DNA of 64,000 nucleotides, taken from contig JBMRGM010000035.1 in the NCBI GenBank assembly GCA_052327205.1, positions 96,534,001-96,598,000 of the forward strand, given 5' to 3'. The notes under the pieces are model-generated. The model made no database searches, was not told where the DNA came from, and saw only the letters and a list, made by a program, of their open reading frames with translations. The position numbers and the translations under genes are program-made. Source of the stretch: Somniosus microcephalus. Lineage: Eukaryota. Positions 1 through 13,284 of the stretch are shown piece after piece (position 1 is the first letter of the stretch; each line of letters opens with the position of its first letter).

Positions 1-1054
1 AGAACAGAGGAAGATCGCTGTGCTTGTTGAAGTCCAATCATCTCAACCCTTGGACATCACTGCAGGAGTTCCGCAGGTCAGTGTCCTAGGCCCAAACTTC
101 TTCAGTTGCTTCAGCAACGACATTCCCTCCATCATAAGGTCATAAGTGGGGTTGGATGCTGCTGATTGCACAGTGTATAATTCCATTGTAATTCCTCAGC
201 TAATGATGCAGTTCATGCCCGCATGCAGCAAGACCCATACAACATCCAGAATTGGGATGATAATGGCAAGTAACATACACGCCACACAATGCCAGGCAAT
301 GAGCATTTCAAACAAGCGAGAGTCTAAACTCCTCCTCTTGACATTCACTGGCATTACCATCGTCGAATCCACCACCATCAACATCATGAGGTTTACCACT
401 GACCAGAAACTTAACTGGAACAGCCATATAAACACTCTGGCTATCGGAGCAGTTTAGAGATTGGGTATTCTGTGGCGAGTGTCTCACCTCCTGACACACC
501 AGAGCCTTTCCGACACCTACAAGGAACATGTCAGGAGTTTGATGGAATCCTCTCCACTTGCCTGGGTGAGTGCAGCTCCAGCAACACTCAAGAATCTCGA
601 CATCATCGAGAACAAAACAGCTTGCATGATCGAACACTATACACTACCTTAAACATTCACTGCCTCCACCAATGGTACAAAGTGGCTGCAGCATGTACCA
701 TCTACAAGATGATCTGCAGAAACTCGCAAAGGCTTTTTCGGTTGTACCTCCCAAACTCATGATCCCTACCATCTCGAAGGACAAGGGCAGTCGGTGCAAG
801 GTAACACCAGCACTTCCAAGTTCCCCTTCAAATCACACAGAATCCTGACTTGGAATTATATCTCTGTTCCTTCATCGTCGCTGATTCAAAATCCTGTCAC
901 TCCCTACCTAATAGCACATTGGGATTGCCTTCACCACACGGACTGCAGCCGTCCAAGATGGAGGCTCACCACCACCATCTCAAGGGTAATTACAATAGGC
1001 AACAAATGCTGGCAATGCCAACGACGCCCACATACCCAGTCTCAATAAATAAAA
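1..1054 (+). mobile_element. LINE (CR1/L2-superfamily) 3' fragment, degenerate RT C-terminus
   Basis: Start translates as DITAGVPQVSVLGPNFFSCFSNDI...AADCTVY (GVPQGSVLGP/FADD motifs); ORF 461-652 (TYKEHVRSLMESSPLAW) is a typical LINE RT C-terminus; ends in an AATAAATAAAAA tail at ~1044-1055; stops and frameshifts present. Confidence 0.8.
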
Positions 1055-3427
1055 AGTCACACTTATGTGTTCGTTCATATTCAATAATTGAGCATTTTAA
1101 AACTGATTACCACTTGCAAATTCCTTCAACAGTCTTAATGTCATCACTTGTATAGGCGTCATGGCACTCCCTTAGAGATACAGCCAACTGAGTTCATTCT
1201 TAATCACGAGTCCTATCTATGGAACATTAAACATCATAATGCTTAAAAAGTGCCTATGATATCAAAATACTGAAAGATGACCATCTGAATCCGCACCAAC
1301 ATGTACTAAAATATCTGTCAGGAGTGGGGAGCCCAGATCATGGCTCCCTACCTAATCCAGTCGTGATGTGATCATTTCAAATGCCGCTCTCGCTGACGTA
1401 TCTACTCTGTAAGGAAAGCTTCTGAAATATGATTTTAGTCACCAAGTAATAACAGCTCAACACCTTAATTAAAATAAAGTTAACCCTCACACACTTACTG
1501 TATCTTAAAACAACAATTCAATACGTTGCATAGATATCTTACTGATAAGGAGGAACCTACAGATATTTCTAAAGAAGACAAGTCCCAAGAAGAGAGTCAC
1601 CCGCCGATGCCCAGGAAATATCCCTGCTCAAAATCAATGCGTGGAACACAGGGGTAGGGGACATTTTCCCACTGTTTATGGAGCCGTGTCTGGAAACAAA
1701 CCCGCACTTCATTAAACATAAGACTGAGTATGACAGGACTTTCTTAGTGTATCGAGAAACAAAGCATCACAATGAACCCAACACAAGTAAAATTCCTGAA
1801 AGACCCAAAAGGTTTTCCGTTGGCCCAATAAGCTCGGTCCATCAAAATCCCAGAATCTGGCACTGCTTCGAAATGACACGATGAGATATTTTACGTCCAT
1901 CTGAGAGGGCAGAAAAGGGCCTCGGTTTAACATCTTCATACTAACACCTTCAGCTTGGTGCAGTGGCACTTCTACCGCTGTCATTAGATATCCTACATCC
2001 GCCTTTCTCACTGACATTTTACATTGTTTAGTAAATCTGCAGTTTCCCCCCTTTCACATTGACCAACCATTTCTTGTCTCACGGACCATAACCTCAGAAT
2101 CTACCCAATGTTTTCTCCACTGATGGCGTTGTCACATGTAAAGGCCAGAAGGCAATTCCTTTGTGAGCAATCAGTTTCATTTATGATATCAAATAAACCT
2201 AGAATTATCGTTTTGTGATCTTCTGAGTTGTACAGTTTAATGTGATTGTGTGTCAGCTGGTAATTTGCTGAAATACCAGTCTGTCGATTCATACAGACCT
2301 GCAGACTTTCCAATTTTGGGAACGAACACTAGAGCTCACGTGGGGCGCCCACCACATTCTTCTAATTATATCTGATTATATGAAAAGCGAAAAGTAACAG
2401 TCGTCAAATGAATTCACAGGCTAAATCTAATGATCAGAGTTTAATCACAGGCTACATAATACATCGCAACGGTAACTCACAACAGGATGCCGAGTAATAT
2501 ATCTTAATATCAACAGTTATTTACTCAGAGGTTGGCAATTTAACTTTCCGCAGGAGAATTTCTTATATAGTTTTATAAGGCGCAGCGATTTTGGAATGAA
2601 AATAATCATTCATAGAGTTTCCCCAGGCTGGGTAATGAACATTTCTAATCGACCCACAAATATCAGATCTCCAGTTAGATTTAAAGGGAAGTCAAAAATG
2701 AGACGTAATGTGGCACTGGAAATATATCCGGCTACAGACAATACCTTGAAATAAATAAATGGGAGGTGGATAAACCTTATAGCTTGCGAGGCAATGTTTC
2801 ATTGTCTATTATATTTTCACCTTTCACTAAAATTTGCCTTAATTGCATCACAATCAGAAAGATTAGTCATTACCTCTATCATTTGTCAATCCATAGGCAC
2901 TTGTTTACAACTAGACTGCTCTCTTCACTAATCATCTATTTTATTTCTTCTTAGTTTATTTTCAAACAAGTTCACTGAGAAAAGCAAATATACCCCATGC
3001 AGATTCGATGTTTCCTTTTGCACAGCCTGACGGGTCTGCACAATTAAGGTCATCACTGCCATGGGAGCAATGGAATCCCGTAATGGTACAGAATGGTCAA
3101 TATAATTTTTAATCAAATTTGTCCTTATTATATGAAATTACGCGTCAAAAAAACAAAAACAATCTTACTTTGTTACAGATTCACGGCAAACCAGTTCCGT
3201 CAAACTATCCCAACATGTTCACTTTAAGAGCGGTCGCTAATAGAGGTCGAATCCAAGTTCATGTCCCCGTTCTATTGACATGGGTATGGAATCTGTTCGG
3301 CAAAACGAGGCAGAGTGTACTGATAATGGGTGTGTACTCAGATTGGCAGGAGGTGTCTGCTAGTGCACCCTGGGAACTGTACAAGGGTCTCAGCTTTTCG
3401 CTACATTTATAGTGACTTAGTTGAAGT

Positions 3428-3790
3428 TGTGGCAGAGCCACCAAGGGACTCTTATATCGATGTACATAATTATCTGTAACAGAATGAGACTGTACCTGTA
3501 TTCGTTTTACTACATGTAAATAGCGTGGTCTCTGTAGGATTGAGAACGAACGCGATGACGTCACCACTTGGGTCACGTGGCGTTCCCTATGGCGGGAAAC
3601 GTGATGACATCATGACGTCAGACTGAGGGGCGTTTTCCCTCAGTCCTCGTGGAGCCAGCATTGAGCATAGACCTGTTAGTTAGTTCTTCTGCGTTTTGAT
3701 TGCTACTTCTGCAAAACAGTATTAAACTTCGTTTGGTTGTCAGACTGACTCAATCTCAGTCCTTTGGTTAGGAACCTAGAAATTCCTATA
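3428..3790 (+). mobile_element. Solo LTR with 4-bp TSD AAGT
   Basis: Starts TG, ends TA (probably decayed CA); flanked by AAGT at 3424-3427 and 3791-3794; ATTAAA at 3721; absent at the paralogous site (~58180) in unit 4. Confidence 0.7.
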
Positions 3791-4225
3791 AAGTAATATA
3801 TTTTCAAATTTGCAGACGACACCAAGGTGGGACAGTAAATAGAGTAGATGGGAGCAGACGGTTGCAAAGGGTAATTAATACGTTAAATGAATCGGCAAAT
3901 CTGTAGCAGATGGAGTTCAAGCAGGGGACAGGCGAGGTAACCTACTTTCAACCTCAGAAAGATGCATCAGAATATATTCTAAATGGTAAGCAAATAGGAA
4001 CTGTGCAGGAGCAGAGAGATTTAGGGGTCCAACTACAGAGATTATTAAAAGTTAGTGGACAGGTAAAAACGCAACGAAAAAGCCTAATGGAATGTTGGTC
4101 TTTATCACAACAGGGCTGGAATACAAATGAGGGCAGTTATCTTACAGTTATATAAACGTCTCATACACCCCCATTTAGACCACTGTGTTCAGTTCTGGGC
4201 ACCCCACCTTAGGAAGCATAAAAAA

Positions 4226-4665
4226 TCATAGAGCCATATAGTGATAATGGCACAGAAGGAGGCCATTCGGCACATTGAGTCCGTGCCGGCTCCTTGTAGA
4301 GCAATCCAATCAGTCCCATTCTCCGGCTCTATCCCCGTTGCCCTGCAAGTTTATTTCCCTTAAGTGCTTATCCAGTTTCCCCTTGAAAACATTGAGTTTG
4401 TCCGCTTCCACCATTTCCGTCGGCAGCAAGTACCAGGTCCTCACCACACGCTGCGTAAAAAAGTTTTTTCTCTCATCCCCCCCTGCATCCCTTGCCCAAA
4501 AGTTTAAAGCTGTGTCCCATAGTCCTTGTACCATCAACTAGTGGGAACAGCCATCCCCCGTCTAGCCTACCCAAACCCGTCATGAACTTGAACATCTCTA
4601 TCAAATCACCCCGCAGTCTCCTTTGTTCTAATGAAAACAAATCCATCTTCTCCAACCTGTCCTTG
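4226..4665 (-). mobile_element. CR1 LINE 3' end
   Basis: Minus-strand ORFs FSLEQRRLRGDLIEMFK and KNFFTQRVV; CR1 3' UTR motif with CTATG tail. Confidence 0.85.
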
Positions 4666-4812
4666 TATATTGGCATTGGAGTGGGTGCAACACAGATTCA
4701 GCAGAATAATACAGGGCATAAAAGGGTTAAATTATGCGGGCAGGTTGCACATACTGGGCTTGTTTCTCCTTGAGTATACAGCTTTAAGCATGATCTATCT
4801 GAAGTGTTTACT

Positions 4813-5356
4813 CATAGAATCATAGAATCGTAGAAAGTTACAGGACGGAAGGAAGCCATTTCGGCCCATTTTGTCCAGCCTAATCCCCCTTCCCAGCTCT
4901 AGATCTGTAGCCCTGCAGATTCCAGCATCCCAAGTGCACATCGAAGTACCTTTTAAATGTGGTTAGGGTTTTTGCCTTTACCATCATTTCAGGCAGTGAT
5001 TTCCAGACCCCCACCACCCACTGGGTGAAGAAATTTCCCTCAAAACCCCTCTAAACCTTTCACCAATTCTTTAAATCTGTGCCCCCTGTTTATTGACCCC
5101 TCAGCTAAGGGAAATCGGTCCTATGTATCCACTTTATCTTGGCCTCATAATTTTACGCTCCTCAATAACGTCTCCACTCAGCCTCCTCTGTTCCTAGGAA
5201 AACAAACCGAGCCTATCTAGTCTGTCCTCATAGCTAAGATTCTCTACTCCCGGCAACATCCTTGTAAATCTCCTCTGTAAGCTCTTTAGTGCAATCACAT
5301 CTTTCCTGTAATGTGGTGACCAGAACTACACGCAGTAGTCTAGCTGAGGCCTAACT
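4813..5356 (-). mobile_element. CR1 LINE 3' end
   Basis: (CATAGAAT)n tail on the + strand; homologous to the younger CR1 at 36198-36953. Confidence 0.8.
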
Positions 5357-6159
5357 TGGCCTAAGATAAAGAAAGGAGCTGAAATGGTAGATAGAGAGAA
5401 ACTATTTTTTCTGGTTAGTCATAACCTTATAGTTAAAGCTGCCCCATTCAGGGGTGATTTCCAGAAAAACTTCTTCACACAAATGGTTGAAGAATTCGGT
5501 GAATCTCTCCTCCCAAATTCTGTTGAATTTAGATCAACTGAAATAGCAAAACTGTGACTAATATATATAATCCTTGCCCAGCTCCAAATTCCGGCTCGAC
5601 AACCAGCAGAAAGTCTCCTTTTCATCATCCAATTCCTTAACATTGACGGCCATAAACTCCCAGATCCCATCTAAACGGCTATTGAGATCCTTACCCACCT
5701 TCATCTTTCTCACACCCGGTATATTATATCAGACCAGACCCTGTCACCTTCCCCTCCTCCCAACGCCTGTTGATGCTGCAATCCAACATCTCAGCATATC
5801 CGTGGGGCTGCTCAGCTGTATACAACTGACTATATCACTTCCTGTGAGCATCTCTGAACGCTCTTCGAACTCAACTGCACCACGGAAGCTACTTATATCT
5901 ATATGTTGCAGAGTATAAATTTTAAAAGAAATAAATGTGATGTAGAGAACATTTAGATGGTGCCATTCTACCACAAATGTGCGCATTTATGTCATCAACT
6001 GTCTCCCCTGTTCCTATAAAAGAATATCTTCAATTTCAGGAGCCTGTACCATTAATTTAGGTGTGCAGATTTCAAAATGTTTCATTGCTAAAGTTTTCCA
6101 ACTTGAAATGTTATTTCAAAATATCCTAATCTCTGACCAAAAGCAGTAAATAAGGCTCG

Positions 6160-6250
6160 GCTGAACCTGTTTGTTCAAATGACTGTAACTAATGCCAATC
6201 ATTGTGTAATGCTCGTGAGTCACTCGAGGTTTCTCTCAGGTATAAATAAA
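6160..6250 (+). promoter_or_regulatory. Putative core promoter of GPCR unit 1
   Basis: TGTTTGTT at 6168, CCAAT at 6195, TATAAATA at 6241, ~75 bp upstream of the exon 1 start; same motifs and spacing in unit 2. Confidence 0.5.
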
Positions 6251-6641
6251 ACCATATTTTGAAAGCACAAGATCTGCCTCTCCAAAACACCAACAGACAA
6301 CATCGCTTTTCTCCAAATATAGGACAGCCGTAATCATAAAGATAGAAAGCCTTTACTACCCTATTCTTGCAATAGTTGGTATTCCTGGTAAGATGGTTCT
6401 AATCAATTAAAGTGTCTCACTGTGTCACTGTTCCTGCTGTCGCTGTATTGATAATATGTGTTTCTTTTGATGTTATTGATGTGCAGTCACTGATTACTGC
6501 CATCAACCAATTAATAATTAGAAAACTCCAAGTTTCTGACATATTCTAAATGTAATAACCTGACGGGCAGCATAATTCCTTGTGAAATATTAAATGAAAC
6601 AATTTAGGTGGGATGTCCTTTGCAGAGATTGTTGTAATTTT

Positions 6642-6832
6642 CAAAAGCGAAATATGGCGGATTATGGAACCTCAGCATGCGAGGTAACACATGTGGAGAG
6701 TGAAAAACAGTTAAAGTTTCAGGTCGATGACCAGTTCTGCTGAAAGATCATCGACCTAAAACTGTAACTATGTTTCACTCGCCGCATATTATGTCTGACC
6801 TGCTGACCATTTACAGAATTTTCTATTCTTAT
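6642..6832. mobile_element. Short palindromic Penelope-derived fragment
   Basis: The two halves are inverted copies of the Penelope-type terminal sequence at 34140-34260 and 35020-35118; absent from the homologous intron of unit 3. Confidence 0.5.
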
Positions 6833-7065
6833 ATGTAATTTTCAATCATAGCCAAATACCAGCATCGCACCTGGGTTCTGGTTGGTGAATAGTGATAAAA
6901 AGTTTAAAATTTCCATCAAGGTATGTTTCCCATTAACTTTCTGGGACTGTGCTGATAGCAGCGATTGTTTCTCACTGTTACCAGATATACTTAAAAAGTG
7001 GATGCATTTTCCGCTGTGTCTTGGTGAAAGGTGAGATCTCGAAAAGCGGCCAACTAGTCATAAAT

Positions 7066-8880
7066 TCATAGAGTGAAAGAGTCATAACGGCACAGAAGGA
7101 GGCCATTCGGCCCATCGAGTCGGTGCTGTCTTTCTGAGAAGCAAACCAGTCAGTCCCATTCCCCTGCACTATCACCGAATCCCTGCAAGTTTATTTCCCT
7201 CAAGAGCCTATCCAAATCCACTTGAAAACTTTTAGTGTCTCCGCTTCCATCGCTTCCCTCAGCAGCGAATTCCAAGCCCTCAACACACGTTGTCTAAAAA
7301 GATTTTCCTCACTTCCCCCCTGTGTCTCTTGCCTGAAACCTTAAATCTGTGCCCCCATGTCCTTGTACCATCAACTAGTATGAACAGCCTTTCATCGTCT
7401 TGTCTATCCAAACCCGTCATAATCTTGTACACATCTATCAATTCGCTGTGCAACCTAGTTGGCTCTAATGAAGACAAATCTAGCTTCACCAACATTTCCT
7501 TGTAGCTAAGATCTTCCATCCTCGGACCCATTCTGGTTAATCTCCTCCGCATCCTGTCAAGCACCTTCACATCCTTCCTAAAGTGTGGTGACCAGAACTG
7601 GATGCAATACTCCAGTTGTGGCCTAACCAGCGCTTTACAAAGTTTCAGCATAAATTCTCCACAACTGTACTCAATAACTTTATTTACGTAGCCCAAGATC
7701 CCATATGCTTTGCTAACGTATCTCTCAATATGTCCTGCCAACTTCATGGACCTATACACGTTAATTCCCATGTCCCTCTGTCCCTGCACACTCTTTAAAA
7801 CTGTGCCATTAAGTGTATATTGCCTCTCCCTGTTCCTTCTGCCAAAATGCATCACCTTACACTTCTCTGTATTAAATTCAATCTGCCATTTCACTACCCA
7901 TGCCTTTCTATTTCTTGTTGCAGTAGGTTGGTATCATCATCACTGTCAGCCACACCCCCAAGTTTGATATCATCGGCAAAATTAGAAATTCTACTCTGTA
8001 TTCCAATATCCAGGACAATTATATATATCAAAAAACGCAGTGGCCCCAGCACTGACCCTTGGGGAACACCACTGTCTACCATCCTCCAGTCTGTATAATA
8101 TCCATTTACCACAACTCGCTGTTTTCTGCCCTTAAGCCAATTCCTTATCAAAGCTGCCACAGACCCACCTATTCCACGAGCCTCAATTTATTTAACCAGC
8201 CTTTTATGTGGCAGTTTTTCAAACGCCTTCCTTAAGTCCTTGTGGACAACATCCATTGCAGTCTTTTCATCAATCCTTTCTGTTACTTCATCAAAATAAT
8301 AAAATTAGATTACTCAAAGCGATTTGCATTTTAGAAAGCAGTGTTGACTCTCCTTAATTAGCTTAAACCTCACCAAATGCCCATAAATTTTTTCGGTGAT
8401 TGTTTTTTCTAAAAGTTTACCCACCAGTGTTGTTAAACTGAACAGTCTGTAAGTAAAAGGGTTACCTTACACCCTTTCTTGAACAATTGTGTCACATTTG
8501 CCACTTTCCAATTCTGAGTGACCTCCCCCTCATATAGGGAACTGTGGAAAATTATGGCAAGCCCTTCCACTATCTCCTTCCCAAATTACCTTAGCAACCT
8601 TTGTGCAAGCCATCTCGGCCTGTCGACTTATGCACTCTACGCATACCCAGCCTTTCTAGTACATACTCTCTATCAATTTTCACCCCTTCCATTGATTTAA
8701 ATTTTCCACTTCTACTGATATTTTGTCAGCATCCACCTCCTTAGTGAATACTGATGCAAAGTATCCTTTGAGTATTCCCGCCTTGCCCTGCGCCTCGAAG
8801 CATATATCACTTTTGTGGTCTCTAATATGCCACAACCCGCCACTTACTACCCGGGAACTGTTTACATGCCACGGAAATTT
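7066..8880 (-). mobile_element. CR1 LINE ORF2 fragment in intron of unit 1
   Basis: ORFs 7894-8160 (GVPQGSVLGP, NFADDIKLGG) and 7280-7894 (RPQLEYCIQFWSPH); GYFASVFTKE at the 5' end. Confidence 0.92.
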
Positions 8881-11389
8881 TACACTCACAGGGCAACCCT
8901 GAAGGCTGCGAGTGTGAAACTGAGCTATATTGGAAGCTGCATTAAATTGAGGCCAGTTAATGGTGTGAGCCTGCATAGTAAAGTCCAACACGCTGCTTGA
9001 ATCCCAAAGTCATGTTGCAGCATAGATTTTAATGATCGCACCAGCAGCTATGGGGCAGATAATATGCTTTGCGGCCGGGTCGGACGGATAAGGCAAACTG
9101 GTGGCTGGAACCGCTGCCTTTGTATAATCCTATGGATGTTCCTGCCATTTAATATTAAAAGAAGGAAAATGCAGCAGGTTGTGTTAACAGGTGATACTTG
9201 TGCAGAGTTTCCTTTCAGCGCACCAGTCAACCAATCTCCTGCTGTGGGGATATGTTAACCTAACCCACACCTTGGTAAAATGACAGGATCGGGAGTGACG
9301 CTGGTTCAACACTGTGCCGAATCTACTCTCTACTGAAAATAATGGAGAGTAATATTGGGCGGGGAGTAAATCGAGCATTGCCCTGGCTCCTGTGGGTTTT
9401 TCGCCCTGTGTGTTCGTTTAAAACCACCGGGAGATACTTTTGAGGGGCAAGGTTAGAAATTCAAGAATGTTCATACCAATGAATTGGCGTGTGATTATCC
9501 TCTCAATATAAGCAGAATCAGTAACTTCAACGTCCTCCTCTTTGCAGCTAATTTAACGACAAGTGTAGTTCTCTCCCGGGGAAGGTGCGGCCTCTCCAAA
9601 TGCATAACCTGCTACTGGTCCTGATATTTGATGTAATCCTGTATGAGATTGTTGATGCTCATTTTCCATATTCATTTCTGAACTACACTCCCATTTGCAG
9701 TCTCGTTCTCGCCTTGAGTTTTGTTTCCATTGATTGCTCTGTCTGGTTAACTGTCGCATTCACCTTAGATCGATTTGTGGCCATTTGTTGCCAGAGGTTG
9801 CGATCAAAATATTGCACCAAGGAAAATGCAGTTGTAGTTAGAGCAGTGGTTTGTGGGCTGAGCGTTTTAGAAAATGCTCCAATCTATTTTATATATGAAC
9901 CTAGGGAAATAATTAGCAACGTACCATGGTCATGCATTGTAAAATCCAGCTTCTACACCTTCCCCATATGCGAAGCATTGCTGTGGTTGGATACAGTTTT
10001 TACGCCATTTGCTCCATTGCTATTGATTTTACTGCTCAGTATTCTGACCATCAGGAACATTATGCTGGCCAATAGAGTGAGAAGGCACCTTCGTGGAAAC
10101 AACAATGCTGAGACTCACAATGATCCAGAGACAGAGAACCGATGGAAATCCATATTTTTACTGCTTGCCATATCTGGCAATTTTATATTTCTATGAATGG
10201 TTACATTCATATCTTATTTACTTGTACAATTTTCAGATACTCAATTTTTAGAAGCAAATTACAATGACCCTTTCACTATTATGGAACTATCCGGATATAT
10301 GCTTCTCAGTTTGAGTTGTTGCACCAACACATTTATTTATGCAGATTCCCAGAGTAAATTCAGAGGTGAGCTGATAAATATCATTAAGCGTCCCCTGGGT
10401 CTAATAACGTATATATTTAAGTAAAGTAAATGGCTTCCCCGGGTTAAATACAACAGGAATCATTTTAACTGTGGGAATGAATGCAAAAGCAGTGATATCG
10501 AATGGATCGCACACCAGGCAGCATTGTCTGAAATGCAAAGGAAAGAGGAAGTGACATAGGTGGCTAATGTGATAGAAGCCTTCCACACTTGTCCAAAGCT
10601 AAAATTACTCCAATTACAGCCCTCCAAATGGACCCAAATTATTCAAATGCATTCTGTGCAGCGTCATTTCCCATCGAATTGCTCACACTCAGTGACGTTG
10701 CTTGGGTTGAAGCCGAACTGGGAATGGGGATTTCGGAGAATTTGTCCAAGGAAAATCCTATCCTTTGGCAGTACTGCAAAGGTAGCACCGGACTCTTGAG
10801 GAAGTGGTGAGTGGAATCTTTTTCTGGCGGGGTACGAGGTTTATGATGCCATTGGTAGAACTGGGAGGATCCCAGGATCTTACAGCATTTCGGTGGATGG
10901 CTTTGAACGTGCAATTAACTTCTTCAGAAGTATCTCTGTAGATACTGAAGTCAGCAATTTATTATCGGTTCTTTGAAAATTAATAAAGTCTTGTAGACTT
11001 TAACAAAAACTGCCTGTTTAAAGAAACCAATGTTGAATAAATATATAACCGCTCAATTAATGATTTTATTTCCAAGATTCATTAAAAACATTAGAAAGGT
11101 TTTATTCTGATGTCGTCTGAATATTAGGATGCCTAAGTGGCAAAAACGCAACGTAAGTTAACGAATGTTTGTTTTTAAAATTACAATCTGTACAGGCAAT
11201 CGTCAGGTAAACATACTAAACTGAACCAACAGAAACAACACAGCGAGTAGCTGTATTAAACGGGGAACTTTCCCTGAATCAGATTTGAATTCTTACATAA
11301 TGAAGGAAGTTGAAATTATCTTTCTGATAAATTAAAATCATATGTGTGTTTACATTGATTTTGTTTCAACAGAATTTGAAAAAATGGAT

Positions 11390-11980
11390 TCAACATACAC
11401 AAAGGAATATACAATTCAACAAATACTAAACAAACATGCAGACTGGGCAGTTAAATGACAAATTAACTTTAACATAAATAATTGTGAGGTGATGCACTTC
11501 AGCAGGAAAAAAATAAACAGCCCCTTGACCAAAGAAAATAAGAAACTGAATCGGGTAGAAGAGCAAAGGGATCGAGGGATATAGGTGAACACATCATTTA
11601 AAGCAGCATCTCAGGTCACCAAAACAATTAGAAATTCTAACAAATCACTTAGATATATTTAAGGAAGTATGGAATTCAAAAGTAATTAAGTTATGTTAAA
11701 TGTGTGTAGGACCATGGTCAGGCCGCACTGTGCTCAGCTTTGGGCTTCATAGTGTAAAATAGGCCGAGAAGCCCTGGAGAAAGTGCAAAACAGATTGACA
11801 AGGATGTTACCAGAATTGAGTAAATACAGCTATCGTAAGATTGAACAGGTTGGGTACTTTTTACTTAGTAAGAAGAAGACGTTTAGCTGACTTGATATAT
11901 GTCATAAAATTATGAATGGGTTAGACAGGGACGATGTGGAGAGATTGATTCCACTTGTGGGAGTGATTAAATGACAAAAG
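11390..11980 (+). mobile_element. Degenerate CR1 RT fragment
   Basis: Encodes CEVMHFSRK, EEQRDRGI and MVRPH motifs; related remnant at ~43100-43290. Confidence 0.7.
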
Positions 11981-11989
11981 GGATGATTG

Positions 11990-12930
11990 TACTAAGCAAA
12001 ACTAGATGGTAATGGGACAAGTAAGGAAACAAAAGATGGTGTAGAAGAGGAGTAAATTTGAACAGCAAAATCATCAACAGCTGCCATCTGAAAGAATAGG
12101 GTCAGAGGTTATGGTCTGAAATTGTTGAACTCGATGTTGAGTTCAGAAGGCTGAAAAGTGCCTAATCGAAAGATGTGGTGCTGTTCCTCGAGCTTATGTT
12201 GAGCTTCGTTGGAATAGAGTGAGAGGCAAATGCCAGCGAGGTCAGAGTGTGAGTGGAGCGGACAATTAAACTGACAGGTGAAACAAAGTTCGATATCATA
12301 TTTGCAGACTGAATGGAGGTATTTCCGCAAACCCCAGTGTAGAGGAGACCACATCTTGAGCAGCGAATTCCATATACTAAATTGCAGGAAGTTAAAAAAA
12401 ATCGCTATTAAACCTTGAAGGAGTGTTTGGAGCCCCGGACTGTTGGACGTAAAAAGGCAAGTGTTGCATCTCTTGTGGCTGCAAAGAAAGGTGTTCTTGG
12501 AAGGGGACGGGGTGTTGGGGTGATTGAGAAGTGAGCCAGAGCGCAGTCTGAGCCATCCCTTCAGAAAGCTGAAAGTGGCGAGGATGGGAAGATGTGTTTG
12601 GTTGTGGAATCATGGTGGAGGTGGCGGAAATGGCGGAGGATGATCGGCTGAATGTGGAGGATGGCAGGGTGAAAGGTGAGGACAAGGGGAACACTATCGA
12701 GGTTCCTGGATGGATGGGAACTGGTGAGAGCAGAATTGCGGGAAATGGATTGGACACGGTCGAGGGCCATGTCAACCATGGTAGAGGGGAATCCTTGTTT
12801 GAGGAACAAGGAAGACTTATTGGAAGCACTTGTATGGACGGTGGCATCATCTGACCAAATGCGACGGAGAAGGAGAAACTGGGAGAATGGGATAGAGTCC
12901 TTACAGGAAGCCAGGTGGGAGGAAATTATG
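11990..12930 (-). mobile_element. Penelope-like retroelement 3' part (GIY-YIG C-terminus)
   Basis: ORF ends KLEEQHHIFRLGTFQPSELNIEFNNF; VPLVLTFHP motif in ORF 12561-12809. Confidence 0.8.
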
Positions 12931-13284
12931 TATTTTTTGTAGCAATTTTGAATGGGATCAGATGCTCAGCTGGTCCAATCACTCCATTGGACCTTATTAA
13001 TTATTTCAACATCTCCACTATGATGCAAGAATGTGGGAATAACAAGTAACAGTTGCGGAAACACGGGCCTTTGCCGGAGTAAGAGCTCAGTTAACATTCG
13101 ACGTTAGTGTAATATGGATGGTTTAGAATTGATTTCCAATTAAGCATTCCAGCTGACTTCGCTATCATTTACTTCAACAAAGGAGAAAATCGCACGTTTT
13201 GTATAACTGATCACTTATTCAATACCCACCATTTTACACTATCCCCCAAATGACTTCATTAGATGAAATCGCCTTGGGCAGCAG

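Larger units (their letters stand above)
3240..5570 (+). mobile_element. Old CR1 LINE RT fragment split by three younger insertions
   Basis: Pieces 3240-3427, 3795-4225, 4666-4812 and 5357-5570 continue one another through CR1 RT motifs (YSDWQEVSAS, KFADDTK, QEQRDLGVQ, QFWAPHLRK); homologous copy at ~58000-58606. Confidence 0.7.
6319..10424 (+). pseudogene. GPR139/GPR142-like class A GPCR pseudogene, unit 1 (exon 1 6319-6387, exon 2 9548-10424)
   Basis: Exon 1 encodes IESLYYPILAIVGIP with phase-1 GT donor at 6388; acceptor tttgcag ends 9547; FTLDRFVAICC (DRY-like) and SCCTNTFIYA..QSKFR (TM7/helix 8). Lesions: ATG>ATA plus 1-nt loss in exon 1, ~30-nt deletion near 9610, in-frame TGA at 10194. 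Confidence 0.88.

Noticed and set aside
1316-1880. Possible solo LTR (TGTCA...TGACA)
   Set aside because: No TSD or second copy in the window to support it
10194-10196. In-frame TGA between ORFs 9585-10196 and 10197-10424 as selenocysteine or readthrough
   Set aside because: Units 2 and 4 have TGG (Trp) here, and this copy also lacks its start codon and has a frameshifting deletion
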